49,274 bases of DNA, from NCBI GenBank assembly GCA_001303705.1, contig LJUI01000025.1, positions 1 through 49,274 on the forward strand, in the 5' to 3' direction. The position numbers and the translations under genes were made by a program. This document shows, piece after piece, positions 30,001 through 38,186 of this stretch. The first letter of the stretch is position 1, and every line of letters starts with the position of its first letter. The stretch comes from a candidate division TA06 bacterium SM23_40 (lineage in GTDB: Bacteria > LJUI01 > SM1-40). The notes beneath the pieces are model-generated. The model worked only from the letters and a program-made list of their open reading frames with translations, was not told where the DNA came from and did not search any database.

Positions 30001-32802
30001 GAAGTAGTCCTCCGACCGTATCTCCCCCTGGGGGTAGTCATCGTTCCCATCATCGCCCGGGACCTGATCGCCGTCCGCCCCGGCCACCCCGTCGAGACCG
30101 GCGTCCTCGCCTGCCCCCACGTCGAGATAGCCGTTCCGGTTTGCATCTTCGGTATCGAGCACCCCGTTCCAGCCTGCGATCGCGCCGGCAGCCGTCCAGC
30201 GGGGAGCATCTTCGTCGATCTCGGTGCCGAGATCGATGTGAACTCTGCCGCCGTCTCCCTTTACCCACACCTCGAGCAGCCTGGAGTCGGAGAAGTCATA
30301 CCCTCCCGGAGAGATGCACCTGGAGATCCCGCCCCACGATTCCTCTACGATCGGGAGGGCATCTCTCGGGTCTAAGGCGAGGGCGAGCACAAGTCGCTCC
30401 TGCTGGCGATCTTCCTCCGGCAGGCCTGGCTCGATATCGCCGGCCTTCACGCCCTTTGGGTTATACCAGTAGATCCTCCCGAACGTCGACGTGTCCTTCT
30501 GGACGGGAATCGTCCCGTAGCTCCATGCGGTGCGCGCCAGACCGAGTCCGCTCGCCAGCTCCGCACCCTCCATATCATCGACAAACACCTCTCCCCGCGT
30601 GTTCGGATCAGGAAACGAGGCCGCCACCTCCCCCGTTATGTAGAGATGGGATGGTTCCTCAGTCTCAACAAGGGGGAGCAGATCGGCTACCTTGGTGAAG
30701 AGGGCGGGCTCCGCTTCCAGCGTCATATCCGCCTCCCCTAGCAAGATCTGCGTAGGCTCCTGCCCGAGACGCGGCCGTTCCTCGAACGAGCGTTCACTCC
30801 GATACATCCAGGTCGAGCCGACCTGGAACCGATCGGAGAAACGATAGTCAGCCCGGGCACCCAGCAGTGTCTTCTCTCCGAAGGCAAAGAAGGGCTGATA
30901 CTCGTAGTCGATCTCTATCCTGGCGTCCTCGCTTGCGGCCGCCTCTGAGAGCAGGGTGAGGATCCCGGTATCGTAGTCGATGAAATAGCCGGATCCGCGG
31001 CTGAGCCTCAGTCCGTTGACCTTCACCACCTCGCTCTCGGGGAGGATGTTGATGCCGAGAGAGTAGATGGTCTGGACGCTCTTATACCCCACCTCTATCA
31101 CATAGACCTTTCCGTCGTCGAGATCGAGGCTCGTCGAGTCGTAGATGACCGACACCGGATCGGCGAGGATGTCATTCGCAAACGGACGCAGATCCGGGAC
31201 GTATATCTCGGTATCCGCCCCGGCGACGGTGAACCTCAGTGTGTCCGGCGGACCCTGGGCCGGAAAGGCGAGCAGCCCCCGCGTCAGAACGAGGTACCCG
31301 GGCTCGACATCGCCGTCTCCATCGGGGTCGAGGCCGAGAAGGCTCAGGTAGGTGGCCCCCTCCTCGGTCTCGATGAGCTCACCAGCTCCTGACGGATCCT
31401 TCTTGATCTTGATCTCGAGGCTCCCCCCGATGATCCGGCTCGAACCGAGATCGTAGTAATTCTTGAGCGCATAATGCCAGGTGGGAGAACTCGGGTCGGG
31501 AAAACGAGGCTTGAGAAGTTTGAGCATCAGGGTGTCGCTGACGATGCCGCCCACCGTATCCTGCGATGCCGTCGTATACATCACAGCCAGCACATCGTTG
31601 GTGAGACGGCGGTTCATCTCGATTACGTTGTTGACAGGATCGAAGATATAGTCTTCGTCTGCCCCTTCGACCAACCTATAGAAGCTCCCAGTGTAGTAAT
31701 CGAAACTTGTATCCGGCCGCTCGGGGTCGAAGTAAGCCTTGCCGGGGGAGACATTCTGTTCGAGGTCCGTCCGTTCATCCTGATCGTCAACGTACACCTG
31801 CATGAGGGCGAGAGGTTCGACTGTGCCCACCCAGAAAAACCGATTGCTGATGAATTCCCGATCATAGATGGTGAGCCTGTTAAACGTCGCCTGGCCCTCG
31901 AAGGTCTTTTTCTCGGTCCTCCCCTCTTCCTTGCTGGCAATGGCGGTGACCTCCAGCCCGCCGACCTGAGCCCGTCCCTTGATGCCGAACAGCCCGTGGT
32001 GGCTTATCCCTCCCCCGACATACTGAGTGCTCGGGAGCCCGAGCTGCGTGTTTCCGGCCTCGATCTCCTGGACGATCTCATCCTCTTCCCCCTCGTACCG
32101 TATCCGGATCTTGTTCTTGAGTTCAGCCTCCTGCTGGCTGTCGTGATCGACAAAGACATGTATCTTCTCCCCTACCGTCCCCTGCAGATTGAGGAGAAGC
32201 CGCTGCTCCATGTCGAGCTGGGGGAACCGCGAGGGCCTGTTGAATTCGGTGTACACCTCCTCTTCTACGTAGCTGCTCACACCACCGAGCTCGATCCGCT
32301 GACTCCCGTCGACCTTGAGCTGTCCTCCCTGACCGATCACTCCTGCGATCGGCGTCGGAAAGGCGACGGGTATGTCGATATTCGGCACGAGACCGCCCGT
32401 GCCGCCCGTCTCGCCGCGGGCGGTGAGTGTAGTCACAAGCGCACGCCGCCGCGCCTCCCTGAGCCGTCTGCTGGCCCGTTGAGAGACGAACCGATCGAGG
32501 CCGCCGATCGGTCCTACCGCGAGCACCTCACCCCGGTATGTGACAACACGCCGGACAGCGCGCGCCGGCAGGTCGATAGCCACGGAATCCTCTACCCCGT
32601 ATCTGGTGAGCAATGAGAGATCGCGCAGGCGGGCGGGAGATACGCCAAGACCCGGCAGGGACGGGACGGAGAATGGCTCCACGCCGGCGCGAGAGGGCCA
32701 TCGCAGGGCAGGGCCCCCCTGTGCCCGGGGGAGGCCTGCGGATAGTATGAGGAGGGCAGCCGCCGTCCACACTCTGAAGTTATGGGTACCGGGTCGAAGC
32801 AT
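27100..32802 (-). CDS. sprA: SprA/Sov homologue, very large outer-membrane beta-barrel (type IX secretion translocon family)
   Basis: About 1900 aa; signal peptide; LNLQGTVGEKI, IRYEGEEDEIVQEIEAGN, GLFGIK, ESEVVKVNG..L.RG..Y.IDY..G, VDDMEG, DLGTEIDED, GELWVDDVRL motifs; alternating beta-strand C-terminus ending ...VEFKF. Start ATG 32802 with GGAG upstream. Confidence 0.88.
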   Translation of the reverse strand: MLRPGTHNFRVWTAAALLILSAGLPRAQGGPALRWPSRAGVEPFSVPSLPGLGVSPARLRDLSLLTRYGVEDSVAIDLPARAVRRVVTYRGEVLAVGPIGGLDRFVSQRASRRLREARRRALVTTLTARGETGGTGGLVPNIDIPVAFPTPIAGVIGQGGQLKVDGSQRIELGGVSSYVEEEVYTEFNRPSRFPQLDMEQRLLLNLQGTVGEKIHVFVDHDSQQEAELKNKIRIRYEGEEDEIVQEIEAGNTQLGLPSTQYVGGGISHHGLFGIKGRAQVGGLEVTAIASKEEGRTEKKTFEGQATFNRLTIYDREFISNRFFWVGTVEPLALMQVYVDDQDERTDLEQNVSPGKAYFDPERPDTSFDYYTGSFYRLVEGADEDYIFDPVNNVIEMNRRLTNDVLAVMYTTASQDTVGGIVSDTLMLKLLKPRFPDPSSPTWHYALKNYYDLGSSRIIGGSLEIKIKKDPSGAGELIETEEGATYLSLLGLDPDGDGDVEPGYLVLTRGLLAFPAQGPPDTLRFTVAGADTEIYVPDLRPFANDILADPVSVIYDSTSLDLDDGKVYVIEVGYKSVQTIYSLGINILPESEVVKVNGLRLSRGSGYFIDYDTGILTLLSEAAASEDARIEIDYEYQPFFAFGEKTLLGARADYRFSDRFQVGSTWMYRSERSFEERPRLGQEPTQILLGEADMTLEAEPALFTKVADLLPLVETEEPSHLYITGEVAASFPDPNTRGEVFVDDMEGAELASGLGLARTAWSYGTIPVQKDTSTFGRIYWYNPKGVKAGDIEPGLPEEDRQQERLVLALALDPRDALPIVEESWGGISRCISPGGYDFSDSRLLEVWVKGDGGRVHIDLGTEIDEDAPRWTAAGAIAGWNGVLDTEDANRNGYLDVGAGEDAGLDGVAGADGDQVPGDDGNDDYPQGEIRSEDYFKLNRTENNRRLDTENLNRDNGLNRRNDYFEFTIDLEDTQFVAIPENEKGWTLYRVPLTDTAALDTVVGAPDWEHIIFARLWLDGLAEQDTVLIGGLEVVGNRWQNEGVIPVVGGAAPVQEYERFEVATVNSREDPEYKPPYDPGVDREGKRMTEGSLVLQYQDIEVGHGGLAYRSLFTSDDYTDYREIRVYVYGDASGSHFFYRVGEDSANYYGYEVDVTWSGWQELFVDLRELTRLKQETPLDSTGSRYATEGPYVVRGSPSLTNIEWLALGVENRDQPGGNPVSGELWVDDVRLTEVVRRVGTAARARIETKFADLLSLNATVDRRESDFYSMSDWAARQTGGGGRGRSATRLGFNVDGTLQLERFLPASWGITLPLSGSWDESQSLPRFGEGDDVELTAGEARKERTQRRDRRISASFRKPKRSLNRFAQLTLDHLTASGSVSQHVGYSPTSVDTSMTYATAVNYSYSPRISPLRLPRGLELLYTPTSFSLGTGYTEQWRKSRTDPGGPITSRSRSRAVKGNTKVDVRPFPSLTGSYSLNVIRDLELEKRRFNRNIGSEVNRTQTVTTSFSPTLTRILSHTFSYSTRYAEDHPNRSVLTDSLDLRNASNANTSQVRLGLNFPEFVRIFTGLRDEAKDASARPGSPHWLAMQAEKWSRNITSPQASYTQDRQTRAYGLLDRPSLRYQIGLTRSSGDVPRYEGYRGLSEDSRSVSNSYRLSSGVRMGTVNVSVATHRTDSRAETAGWRAREGHSATWPDLSLSWGRVERFQIFRGLVTSSTLSSSYMRRTERRGYVGEPSDYITEVNSFSPLIAWQARWRQGIGTNLSTNYTRTEVENVNTMTQISSVSQEETRNIRLTANYSFSAPGGLRLPFVRNRLRFTSNLDFSLMASYSTQVRTRVQKGLAAAPVIEVDINTLSIVPQASYNFSSSVVGGLSGEYTRRRDNQADRTFKTIEVRVFVEFKF

Positions 32803-32824
32803 CCCCGTCACTCCGCCAAGCAAC

Positions 32825-32869
32825 ATGGCCGGGTTTGTCCGAAGGGAAATCCCCAGACAGCCCGGCCAT
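32825..32869. promoter_or_regulatory. Strong imperfect hairpin in the sprA 5' leader
   Basis: ATGGCCGGG (32825-32833) pairs with CCCGGCCAT (32861-32869), with inner TGTC/GACA and GGG/CCC pairing. Confidence 0.5.
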
Positions 32870-33107
32870 ATATGCAACTCACGACGGCCCCTCACGAGGC
32901 CCCGATGAGCAGCTCGAAGCTGTCGAAGGATGACATGTGCCGCCGGTGCGCCCGGGCGGGCCGCCCTCCGATAGCTGCGGCCGCCTGTGACGTTCCCACG
33001 ACTGCGCGCTTCTACACGATCAAACCTTCAACAGACTTCTATACTGAACCTCCGCTCTATCTCGTGGAACTACAGCATGTCGACAACCCTATGCCACCCA
33101 ATTAATT

Positions 33108-33136
33108 AGTATAGTGCCGGAACGCGGATCTGTCAA
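33108..33136 (-). promoter_or_regulatory. Sigma-70 promoter facing sprA
   Basis: Minus strand TTGACA (33136-33131), 17 nt spacer, TATACT (33113-33108), followed by AT-rich AATTAATT. Confidence 0.85.
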
Positions 33137-33220
33137 CCCTGAAGGCCGGGAGGCCCGACAACGCATGAGAATCCTAGCAGATCGAACGAGGGCAGGCAAG
33201 CAAAATCGTGACCTGGCCTC

Positions 33221-33249
33221 TTGCGCCCCCCGTCACCTTCGAGTATACT
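33221..33249 (+). promoter_or_regulatory. Probable sigma-70 promoter for lptFG
   Basis: TTGCGC (33221-33226), 17 nt spacer, TATACT (33244-33249), about 60 nt upstream of the lptF ATG. Confidence 0.65.
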
Positions 33250-33311
33250 TCGACTCGGATCGGCCTGACCGGATCCCAATAGTCCCCAATCACCAATCCC
33301 CGGGGAATCGT

Positions 33312-34604
33312 ATGAGATACTCGATAGTCTCCTGGTATGTGCTCCGAGAACACCTCGTGCCGTTCGTACTCGGACTTCTCGTGTTGACGTTCATTCTCCT
33401 CATGAATCGGATCTTCACCCTGATCGATCTCATCGTCGGCAAGGGTCTGGCACCTCTCGTCGTGCTCCAGGTCTTTGTGCTCAGCCTCCCCTTCATACTG
33501 GCTCTCACTGTTCCGATGGCTGTCCTCGTCGCCAGCTTGATGGCATTCGGGAGGTTAGCGCAGGATTCCGAAATCGTGGCGATGAAGGCGAGCGGCATCG
33601 CTTTCTGGAGGCTGACGATCCCGGTACTGACGGCGGCGACGTTCCTGGCTCTGTTCATGGTCTACTTCAACAACCACATACTTCCTGAATCGAACCACCA
33701 GGTGAAGAACTTGATGATCGATATCTCTCAGAAACGGCCATCGGTCAAGCTTCGAGAGATGATTTTCATACCGGATTTCGAGGGGTACAAGGTCTTCTTC
33801 ACGCGCATGAACGCCCGTACTTCCCGCATTTTCGGCGTCACCGTGTACCAGGAGCAGAAAAACGGCAAGCCTCGCGTCATCTCGGCTCGTGAAGGACAAC
33901 TCCGCTTCTCCGGCGGCGGCAGTCTCTTCACCATCGACCTGTTCGACGGTGAGATCAGTGACGTCGACAAGGAGGACCCGACCCGGAGCCGCCTGTTGAC
34001 GTTCGACCGTCACACCATTAATATCCCCATCGATACCGAGCTTGTGCGACAGGAGCGGGAGTTCCGCAGCGACCGCGAGCTCAGCGCCCGGGCGATGATG
34101 ACGCGGGTGGAGAATCTGAGGACCGAGATCGACAAGGAGAGCGAGAAGCTGTCCGACCTTCAGGCGGTCGCCCTATCGGACTCGCTCGGTCCGAACCAGG
34201 ATGCCCCCGCAAAGATCGACCTCCAGATCGACCAGACCAACAGGCGAATTGAACGGCGCCGGGCAGAGATCAGTCGGTATCTCGTAGAGATTCACAAGAA
34301 GTATTCGATACCGTTTGCCTCCCTCGCATTCGTGCTCGTGGGCGCTCCCGTCGCCGTGCTGGCACGAAAGGGCGGCACCGGAATGGGGTTCGGCCTCTCC
34401 ACGTGTTTTTTCATAGTCTACTATGTCGCACTGGTAGGAGGAGAAGAGGTAGCTGACCGGCGTATCGTATCGCCGCTCATCGCGATGTGGGCACCGAACG
34501 TCCTCCTGGCTCTTGCGGGAGCGGTTATGATCGCACACGTAAGCCTCGAGGCCGACTGGCGATTCTGGAGGCACCTGGGGCGGCAATCTAACAGAAGAGC
34601 ATGA
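33312..34604 (+). CDS. lptF: LPS export ABC transporter permease LptF
   Basis: WYVLRE, LTVPMAVL, GRLAQDSEIVAMKASGI, VEIHKKYSIP, MWAPN. Start at ATG 33312, downstream of the promoter. Confidence 0.9.
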   Translation: MRYSIVSWYVLREHLVPFVLGLLVLTFILLMNRIFTLIDLIVGKGLAPLVVLQVFVLSLPFILALTVPMAVLVASLMAFGRLAQDSEIVAMKASGIAFWRLTIPVLTAATFLALFMVYFNNHILPESNHQVKNLMIDISQKRPSVKLREMIFIPDFEGYKVFFTRMNARTSRIFGVTVYQEQKNGKPRVISAREGQLRFSGGGSLFTIDLFDGEISDVDKEDPTRSRLLTFDRHTINIPIDTELVRQEREFRSDRELSARAMMTRVENLRTEIDKESEKLSDLQAVALSDSLGPNQDAPAKIDLQIDQTNRRIERRRAEISRYLVEIHKKYSIPFASLAFVLVGAPVAVLARKGGTGMGFGLSTCFFIVYYVALVGGEEVADRRIVSPLIAMWAPNVLLALAGAVMIAHVSLEADWRFWRHLGRQSNRRA

Positions 34605-34605
34605 G

Positions 34606-35718
34606 ATGTCACGACGCTTCCTGCCTGCGCGAATTCTAGACCGATATCTTGCCTCGCAATTTCTGCGCTACCTGCTCCTGGCACTCATCGCCTTCGTGCT
34701 CGTCTATGCGGTGGTCGACCTGTTCGAGAAGCTCGATCGTTTTATCGACCGACAGGTGGGACCGCTCGAGATCGCCTTCTTCTACCTCCTCCAAGTCCCG
34801 TATATCACAGTACTGGTCGTTCCCGTCGCGGTACTTCTCTCATCGTTTTTCTCAGTGGGGCAGCTCGTCAGGCACAACGAACTCATCGCGATGAAGTGTT
34901 CCGGGATCAGCCTATACCGGATTCTTGCACCCCTGCTCATACTCGGTTTCGGCACCAGCATCGTAGTCCTCTGCCTCGACGAACTCGTTGTCCCTCGCGC
35001 TAACCGCCGCAAGGCGTCGTTCGAACGCCAGGCGATCGAAGGCAGGCCGCCCATCGATTACTCGAGGAGAAAGAATATCTACTACTACGGGATGGGCGGG
35101 CGGATGTACTACATCGGCTCGTTCGACGGCAACCGCCAGATGATACGCGACGTCGTAATCCATGAGTATACGAGGGCAGGTGCTATGGCGCGACGGATCG
35201 ACGCCAGAGCGGCCGTATGGAGCAATGGCCGATGGACGTTCCGCGACGGATTCCTGAGAACATTCGACGAACAGGGCACCGAATTGCCCGACTCATCGTA
35301 CCCGTTCTCGACTCTGGTAATCCCGGAATTGCAGGAGACGCCCGATGATTTCGCCAAACGGGAGGAAGATCCAGCGGAGATGAATTTCTGGGAGCTGCGG
35401 CACTACATCTCGAAGTTGAGGGGCGGGGGCGCGGATGTCCACAAGGAGCTAGTGGAACTCTATCTCAAAACGGCTTTTCCTTTCGCCAATCTGATCATCC
35501 TTCTCTTCGGTGCCCCCCTATCGAGCAACATGCGCCACAGCGGGTTCGCGCTCGGGTTCGGAGCCAGCCTCTTCGTCTGTTTCTTCTACTGGGGATTCAT
35601 CCAGACCGGCAGGGCCCTCGGACACAACGGCACCATCTCGCCGTTCATTGCCGCCTGGATGCCGAATATCCTCTTCGGGGCGGCGGGGATCGTCCTCCTC
35701 CTGAAAGTGAAAAAGTGA
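34606..35718 (+). CDS. lptG: LPS export ABC transporter permease LptG
   Basis: ILDRYL, HNELIAMKCSGIS, AAWMPN; tandem with lptF. Confidence 0.9.
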   Translation: MSRRFLPARILDRYLASQFLRYLLLALIAFVLVYAVVDLFEKLDRFIDRQVGPLEIAFFYLLQVPYITVLVVPVAVLLSSFFSVGQLVRHNELIAMKCSGISLYRILAPLLILGFGTSIVVLCLDELVVPRANRRKASFERQAIEGRPPIDYSRRKNIYYYGMGGRMYYIGSFDGNRQMIRDVVIHEYTRAGAMARRIDARAAVWSNGRWTFRDGFLRTFDEQGTELPDSSYPFSTLVIPELQETPDDFAKREEDPAEMNFWELRHYISKLRGGGADVHKELVELYLKTAFPFANLIILLFGAPLSSNMRHSGFALGFGASLFVCFFYWGFIQTGRALGHNGTISPFIAAWMPNILFGAAGIVLLLKVKK

Positions 35719-35720
35719 CC

Positions 35721-36977
35721 TCAGGTTCCCCACTCCCATGACGCCAGGTACCGCTCCTGCTCGTCCGTCAACGTGTCGATCCTGATCCCCATCGACTGCA
35801 GCTTCAACCTCGCGATCTCTCGATCTATCTCGGCGGGAACAGGCAGGACCACGTTGTTGAGCCCGGTGCCGTTACGTGCCAGATATTCAACGGCGAGGGC
35901 CTGGTTCGCGAAGCTCATATCCATGACCATCGCAGGATGCCCCTCTGCCGCCGACAGATTGATGAGGCGCCCCCGGCTGAGTAGATAGATCCGCTTTCCG
36001 CCGCCCAGCTCGAACTCCTCGACCTCATCCCTGATGAGGCGCCTCCCGGTGCTCATCTCTTCCAGAGCGGCGATGTCGATCTCGACGTCGAAGTGGCCCG
36101 CATTGCACAGGATAGCCCCGTCCTTCATAGCCGCAAAGTGATCCCGGGATATGACCCTCGTGTTGCCGGTGGAAGTGACGAAGAGATCGCCCCACGGCGC
36201 GGCCTCTCGGAGCTGCATCACCAGGAACCCATCCATGGCGGCCTCGAGCGCTCTCAGAGGATCAACCTCCGTGACGGCGACGGCCGCCCCCATCCCCTTG
36301 GCCCTGATGGCGATCCCTCTGGCGCACCACCCGTACCCGCAGACGACGAACTTCGACCCCGCGAGGAGGATATTGGTGGCACGGAGAATGCCGTCGATGG
36401 TACTCTGGCCGGTGCCATATCGGTTATCGAACAGGTACTTGGTGTTCGAATCGTTCACCGCGATCACGGGGTATCGGAGCTCACCCGCGCGCTCCATACT
36501 GCGGAGACGCACAACGCCCGTAGTCGTCTCTTCAGTGCCCCCTATGATTCCGTCGAGTAGATCACGCTTCCGCGAATGCACCGTCGATATGAGATCAGCT
36601 CCATCATCCATGGTGACCTGCGGGCAATGCTCGAGCGCACCCTCTATGTGGGCGTAGTATGCGTCCCGATCGTCTCCGCGCTTGGCGAAGACACCGAGGC
36701 TGCTGTCCTTGACGAGCGAGGCAGCAACGTCGTCCTGGGTAGAGAGCGGATTGGAGGCGCAGAGAGAAACCTCGGCTCCGCCCTCCTTGAGCGTCTCGAC
36801 CAGGTTAGCTGTCTCCGTGGTCACGTGGAGACAAGCCGAAATGCGGAGGCCCTCCAGCGGTCTCTCCTCCCTGAAGCGCTCTCGTATCATTGCCAACACC
36901 GGCATGTGGCGAGAAGCCCACTCGATCCGGGCCCTTCCCGAATCAGCCAACGACAGATCTTTGATATCGTGTCCCAT
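35721..36977 (-). CDS. ahcY: Adenosylhomocysteinase
   Basis: ACLHVTTET, SNPLSTQD, DDGAD, EETTTG, FDNRYGTGQS, GYGW, NAGHFD, EGHP..VMDMSFANQ. Confidence 0.97.
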   Translation of the reverse strand: MGHDIKDLSLADSGRARIEWASRHMPVLAMIRERFREERPLEGLRISACLHVTTETANLVETLKEGGAEVSLCASNPLSTQDDVAASLVKDSSLGVFAKRGDDRDAYYAHIEGALEHCPQVTMDDGADLISTVHSRKRDLLDGIIGGTEETTTGVVRLRSMERAGELRYPVIAVNDSNTKYLFDNRYGTGQSTIDGILRATNILLAGSKFVVCGYGWCARGIAIRAKGMGAAVAVTEVDPLRALEAAMDGFLVMQLREAAPWGDLFVTSTGNTRVISRDHFAAMKDGAILCNAGHFDVEIDIAALEEMSTGRRLIRDEVEEFELGGGKRIYLLSRGRLINLSAAEGHPAMVMDMSFANQALAVEYLARNGTGLNNVVLPVPAEIDREIARLKLQSMGIRIDTLTDEQERYLASWEWGT

Positions 36978-38119
36978 CAGCCTACCGCCTTCTTCAGTGT
37001 CTCCACAAGGCTCAGTTCTTCCCAGGTGAATCCCTTTTCTTCCCTCCCGAAGTGGCCGTACGCGGCTGTCCGCCGATAGATCGGGCGGAGCAGCGACAAT
37101 CTCTCGATCAGCCCACGCGGGGTGAGATCGAGCGCCGAGCGGACGGCCTCGGTAACCCGTTCATCTTCGACACTGCTGCCCCCCCGTGTCCTGATATTGA
37201 GACAGACAGGTTCTGGCTCCCCGATTGCATAGGCAAGCTGAACTTCACATTGCTCGGCAAGTCCTGCCGCGACCACGTTCTTAGCGATATAGCGAGCCGC
37301 GTACGAACCCGAACGATCGACCTTTGTCGGATCCTTCCCGGAGAAGCATCCTCCCCCGTGACTGCCAACACCCCCGTAGGTATCGACGATGATCTTCCTG
37401 CCGGTGAGGCCGGTATCCCCCTGAGGTCCTCCGATAACGAACCGTCCGGTCGGATTGACGAGAATGCGCATCTCTTTATGGCGAAGTTCCCCGGGGATGA
37501 CAGCATCGATGACGTGATGGATAATACCGTCGCGGATCTCCGCCTGCTTCACATTCTCGCTATGTTGCGTCGACACGAGGACGGTATTGACGCTCACCGG
37601 CCGCCCGTCTGCGTACTCGACCGTGACCTGGGATTTCCCATCGGGTCTGAGGAAGTCAAGCGCACCCTCCTTCCGCACTTGGGTCAGCCTCCGTACGAGT
37701 TTGTGAGCAAGCATAATGGGCAAGGGCATCAACTCGGGGGTCTCGCTGCACGCGAAACCGAACATCATCCCCTGATCGCCGGCCCCACCTGGATCGACAC
37801 CTTGCGCGATGTCGGGTGACTGCTTGTTTATAGCGGTCACCACGGCGCACGTCTCGTAGTCGAAACCCATTGCAGGGTCATCATAGCCGATGTCCCGCAC
37901 TACCTCTCTCACTACGCCGGGCATGTCGACGTACGTCTTCGTCGTGATCTCTCCTGCGATGAAGACGAGGCCGGTTGTCGCCATAGCCTCGCACGCCACG
38001 CGACCATCAGTGTCATCTTGCAAGACAGCATCGAGGATCGCGTCGGATACCTGATCGCATATCTTGTCGGGATGGCCTTCAGTTACAGATTCTGAGGTCA
38101 GGTACTCTCGTTTCGCCAT
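36977..38119 (-). CDS. metK: S-adenosylmethionine synthetase
   Basis: [63 protein letters not shown]. Confidence 0.98.
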   Translation of the reverse strand: MAKREYLTSESVTEGHPDKICDQVSDAILDAVLQDDTDGRVACEAMATTGLVFIAGEITTKTYVDMPGVVREVVRDIGYDDPAMGFDYETCAVVTAINKQSPDIAQGVDPGGAGDQGMMFGFACSETPELMPLPIMLAHKLVRRLTQVRKEGALDFLRPDGKSQVTVEYADGRPVSVNTVLVSTQHSENVKQAEIRDGIIHHVIDAVIPGELRHKEMRILVNPTGRFVIGGPQGDTGLTGRKIIVDTYGGVGSHGGGCFSGKDPTKVDRSGSYAARYIAKNVVAAGLAEQCEVQLAYAIGEPEPVCLNIRTRGGSSVEDERVTEAVRSALDLTPRGLIERLSLLRPIYRRTAAYGHFGREEKGFTWEELSLVETLKKAVG

Positions 38120-38186
38120 CAATACCTCCTTTGACTCCAGGCTTGTGAGCCGGTACTATCGCGGTAGCATACCGTCGCGCCCATCG

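Noticed and set aside
33075-33100. TGGCATAGGGTTGT (minus strand) as a sigma-54 promoter for sprA
   Set aside because: Wrong spacing and no GC at -12; a good sigma-70 promoter is adjacent
33114-33311. 66-aa N-terminal extension of LptF
   Set aside because: Spans both divergent promoters; family similarity starts at ATG 33312
38123-38186. SAM or SAH riboswitch upstream of metK
   Set aside because: Only about 65 nt, with a small GGTA/TACC stem; no recognisable SAM-I/II/III or SAH core
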